A stretch of 64,000 bases of DNA. Source: Escherichia coli (GTDB lineage Bacteria > Pseudomonadota > Gammaproteobacteria > Enterobacterales > Enterobacteriaceae). The notes beneath the pieces were generated by a model that ran no database searches, was not told where the DNA came from, and was given only the letters and a program-made list of their open reading frames with translations. This document shows, piece by piece, positions 63,566-64,000 of the stretch. A program made the position numbers and the translations under genes. The stretch lies in NCBI RefSeq assembly GCF_050920415.1, contig NZ_CP169309.1. The stretch is one strand, 5' to 3'. Every line of letters starts with the position of its first letter. The stretch's first letter is position 1.

Positions 63566-64000
63566 TTAACGAACAGCGCGGATGGCGTTAATTAATCCAG
63601 CAACACCTTTTTCCAGTTTCGAACGTGGGCAGCCGGCATTGAGACGGACAAAACCACGACCTTCTTCACCGTAGGTATACCCCGGCATGATCGCGACCTT
63701 CTCTTGCTCGATAAGCGCTTTTTGCAACGCGTTGTCGTCAATATTCAACGGACGTAGATCAAGCCAGGCCAGATAAGTGGATTGCGGGATCTGCCAATTG
63801 AGTTCAGGGAACGCGGCGTTCATTTTATCTGCAATATACGTCAGGTTATCTTTCAGATAGACGCGTAAGGCATCCAGCCACGGCGCGCCTTGCTGATAGG
63901 CGGCGATATGGGCAGTTAACGCCAGTACTGAAGGGGAAGAAAGGCCATCACGTCCTTTCAGTGCCGATAAATAGGCATCACGGCTGCTGCTATTTTCTAT
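63566..64000 (-). CDS. malY: MalY (cystathionine beta-lyase / mal regulon modulator), 3' portion only; gene continues past the window end
   Basis: C-terminal sequence ...AVR recognised; the reading frame on the minus strand runs to position 64000. Confidence 0.8.
   Translation of the reverse strand: MENSSSRDAYLSALKGRDGLSSPSVLALTAHIAAYQQGAPWLDALRVYLKDNLTYIADKMNAAFPELNWQIPQSTYLAWLDLRPLNIDDNALQKALIEQEKVAIMPGYTYGEEGRGFVRLNAGCPRSKLEKGVAGLINAIRAVR

Overview
This 64-kb window reads as one contiguous, syntenic stretch of Escherichia coli core chromosome (K-12-like gene order, in reverse-complement orientation relative to the usual reference). I find no support for a novel or previously undescribed system here: there is no integrase, transposase, phage gene, CRISPR array, toxin-antitoxin-like insert or compositional island, and every sizeable ORF matches a known E. 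coli gene in its expected neighbourhood. Gene order is menI-ydiH, sufABCDSE, ldtE, lpp, pykF, fumD(ydhZ), ydhYVWXUT, ydhS, ydhR, tandem tRNA-Val genes, ydhQ, mdtK, ribC, cfa, punC/punR, purR, ynhF, ydhP, sodB, mepH, grxD, lhr, rnt, gloA-nemA-nemR, ydhL, ydhF, sodC, ydhKJI, slyA, slyB, anmK, mliC, pdxH-tyrS-pdxY, gstA, dtpA, nth plus rsxABCDGE, ydgK, cnu, blr, ydgJ, add and the 3' end of malY. Gene identities rest on my recognition of the translated ORFs, with no database search run; starts were refined by reading start codons and Shine-Dalgarno (SD) context, and regulatory sites and terminators were read by eye. The least characterised elements are ydhYVWXUT (including the repeat protein YdhT), the ydhIJK efflux-like module beside slyA, the orphan beta-helix protein YdhQ, and a few unexplained RNA-structure signals.
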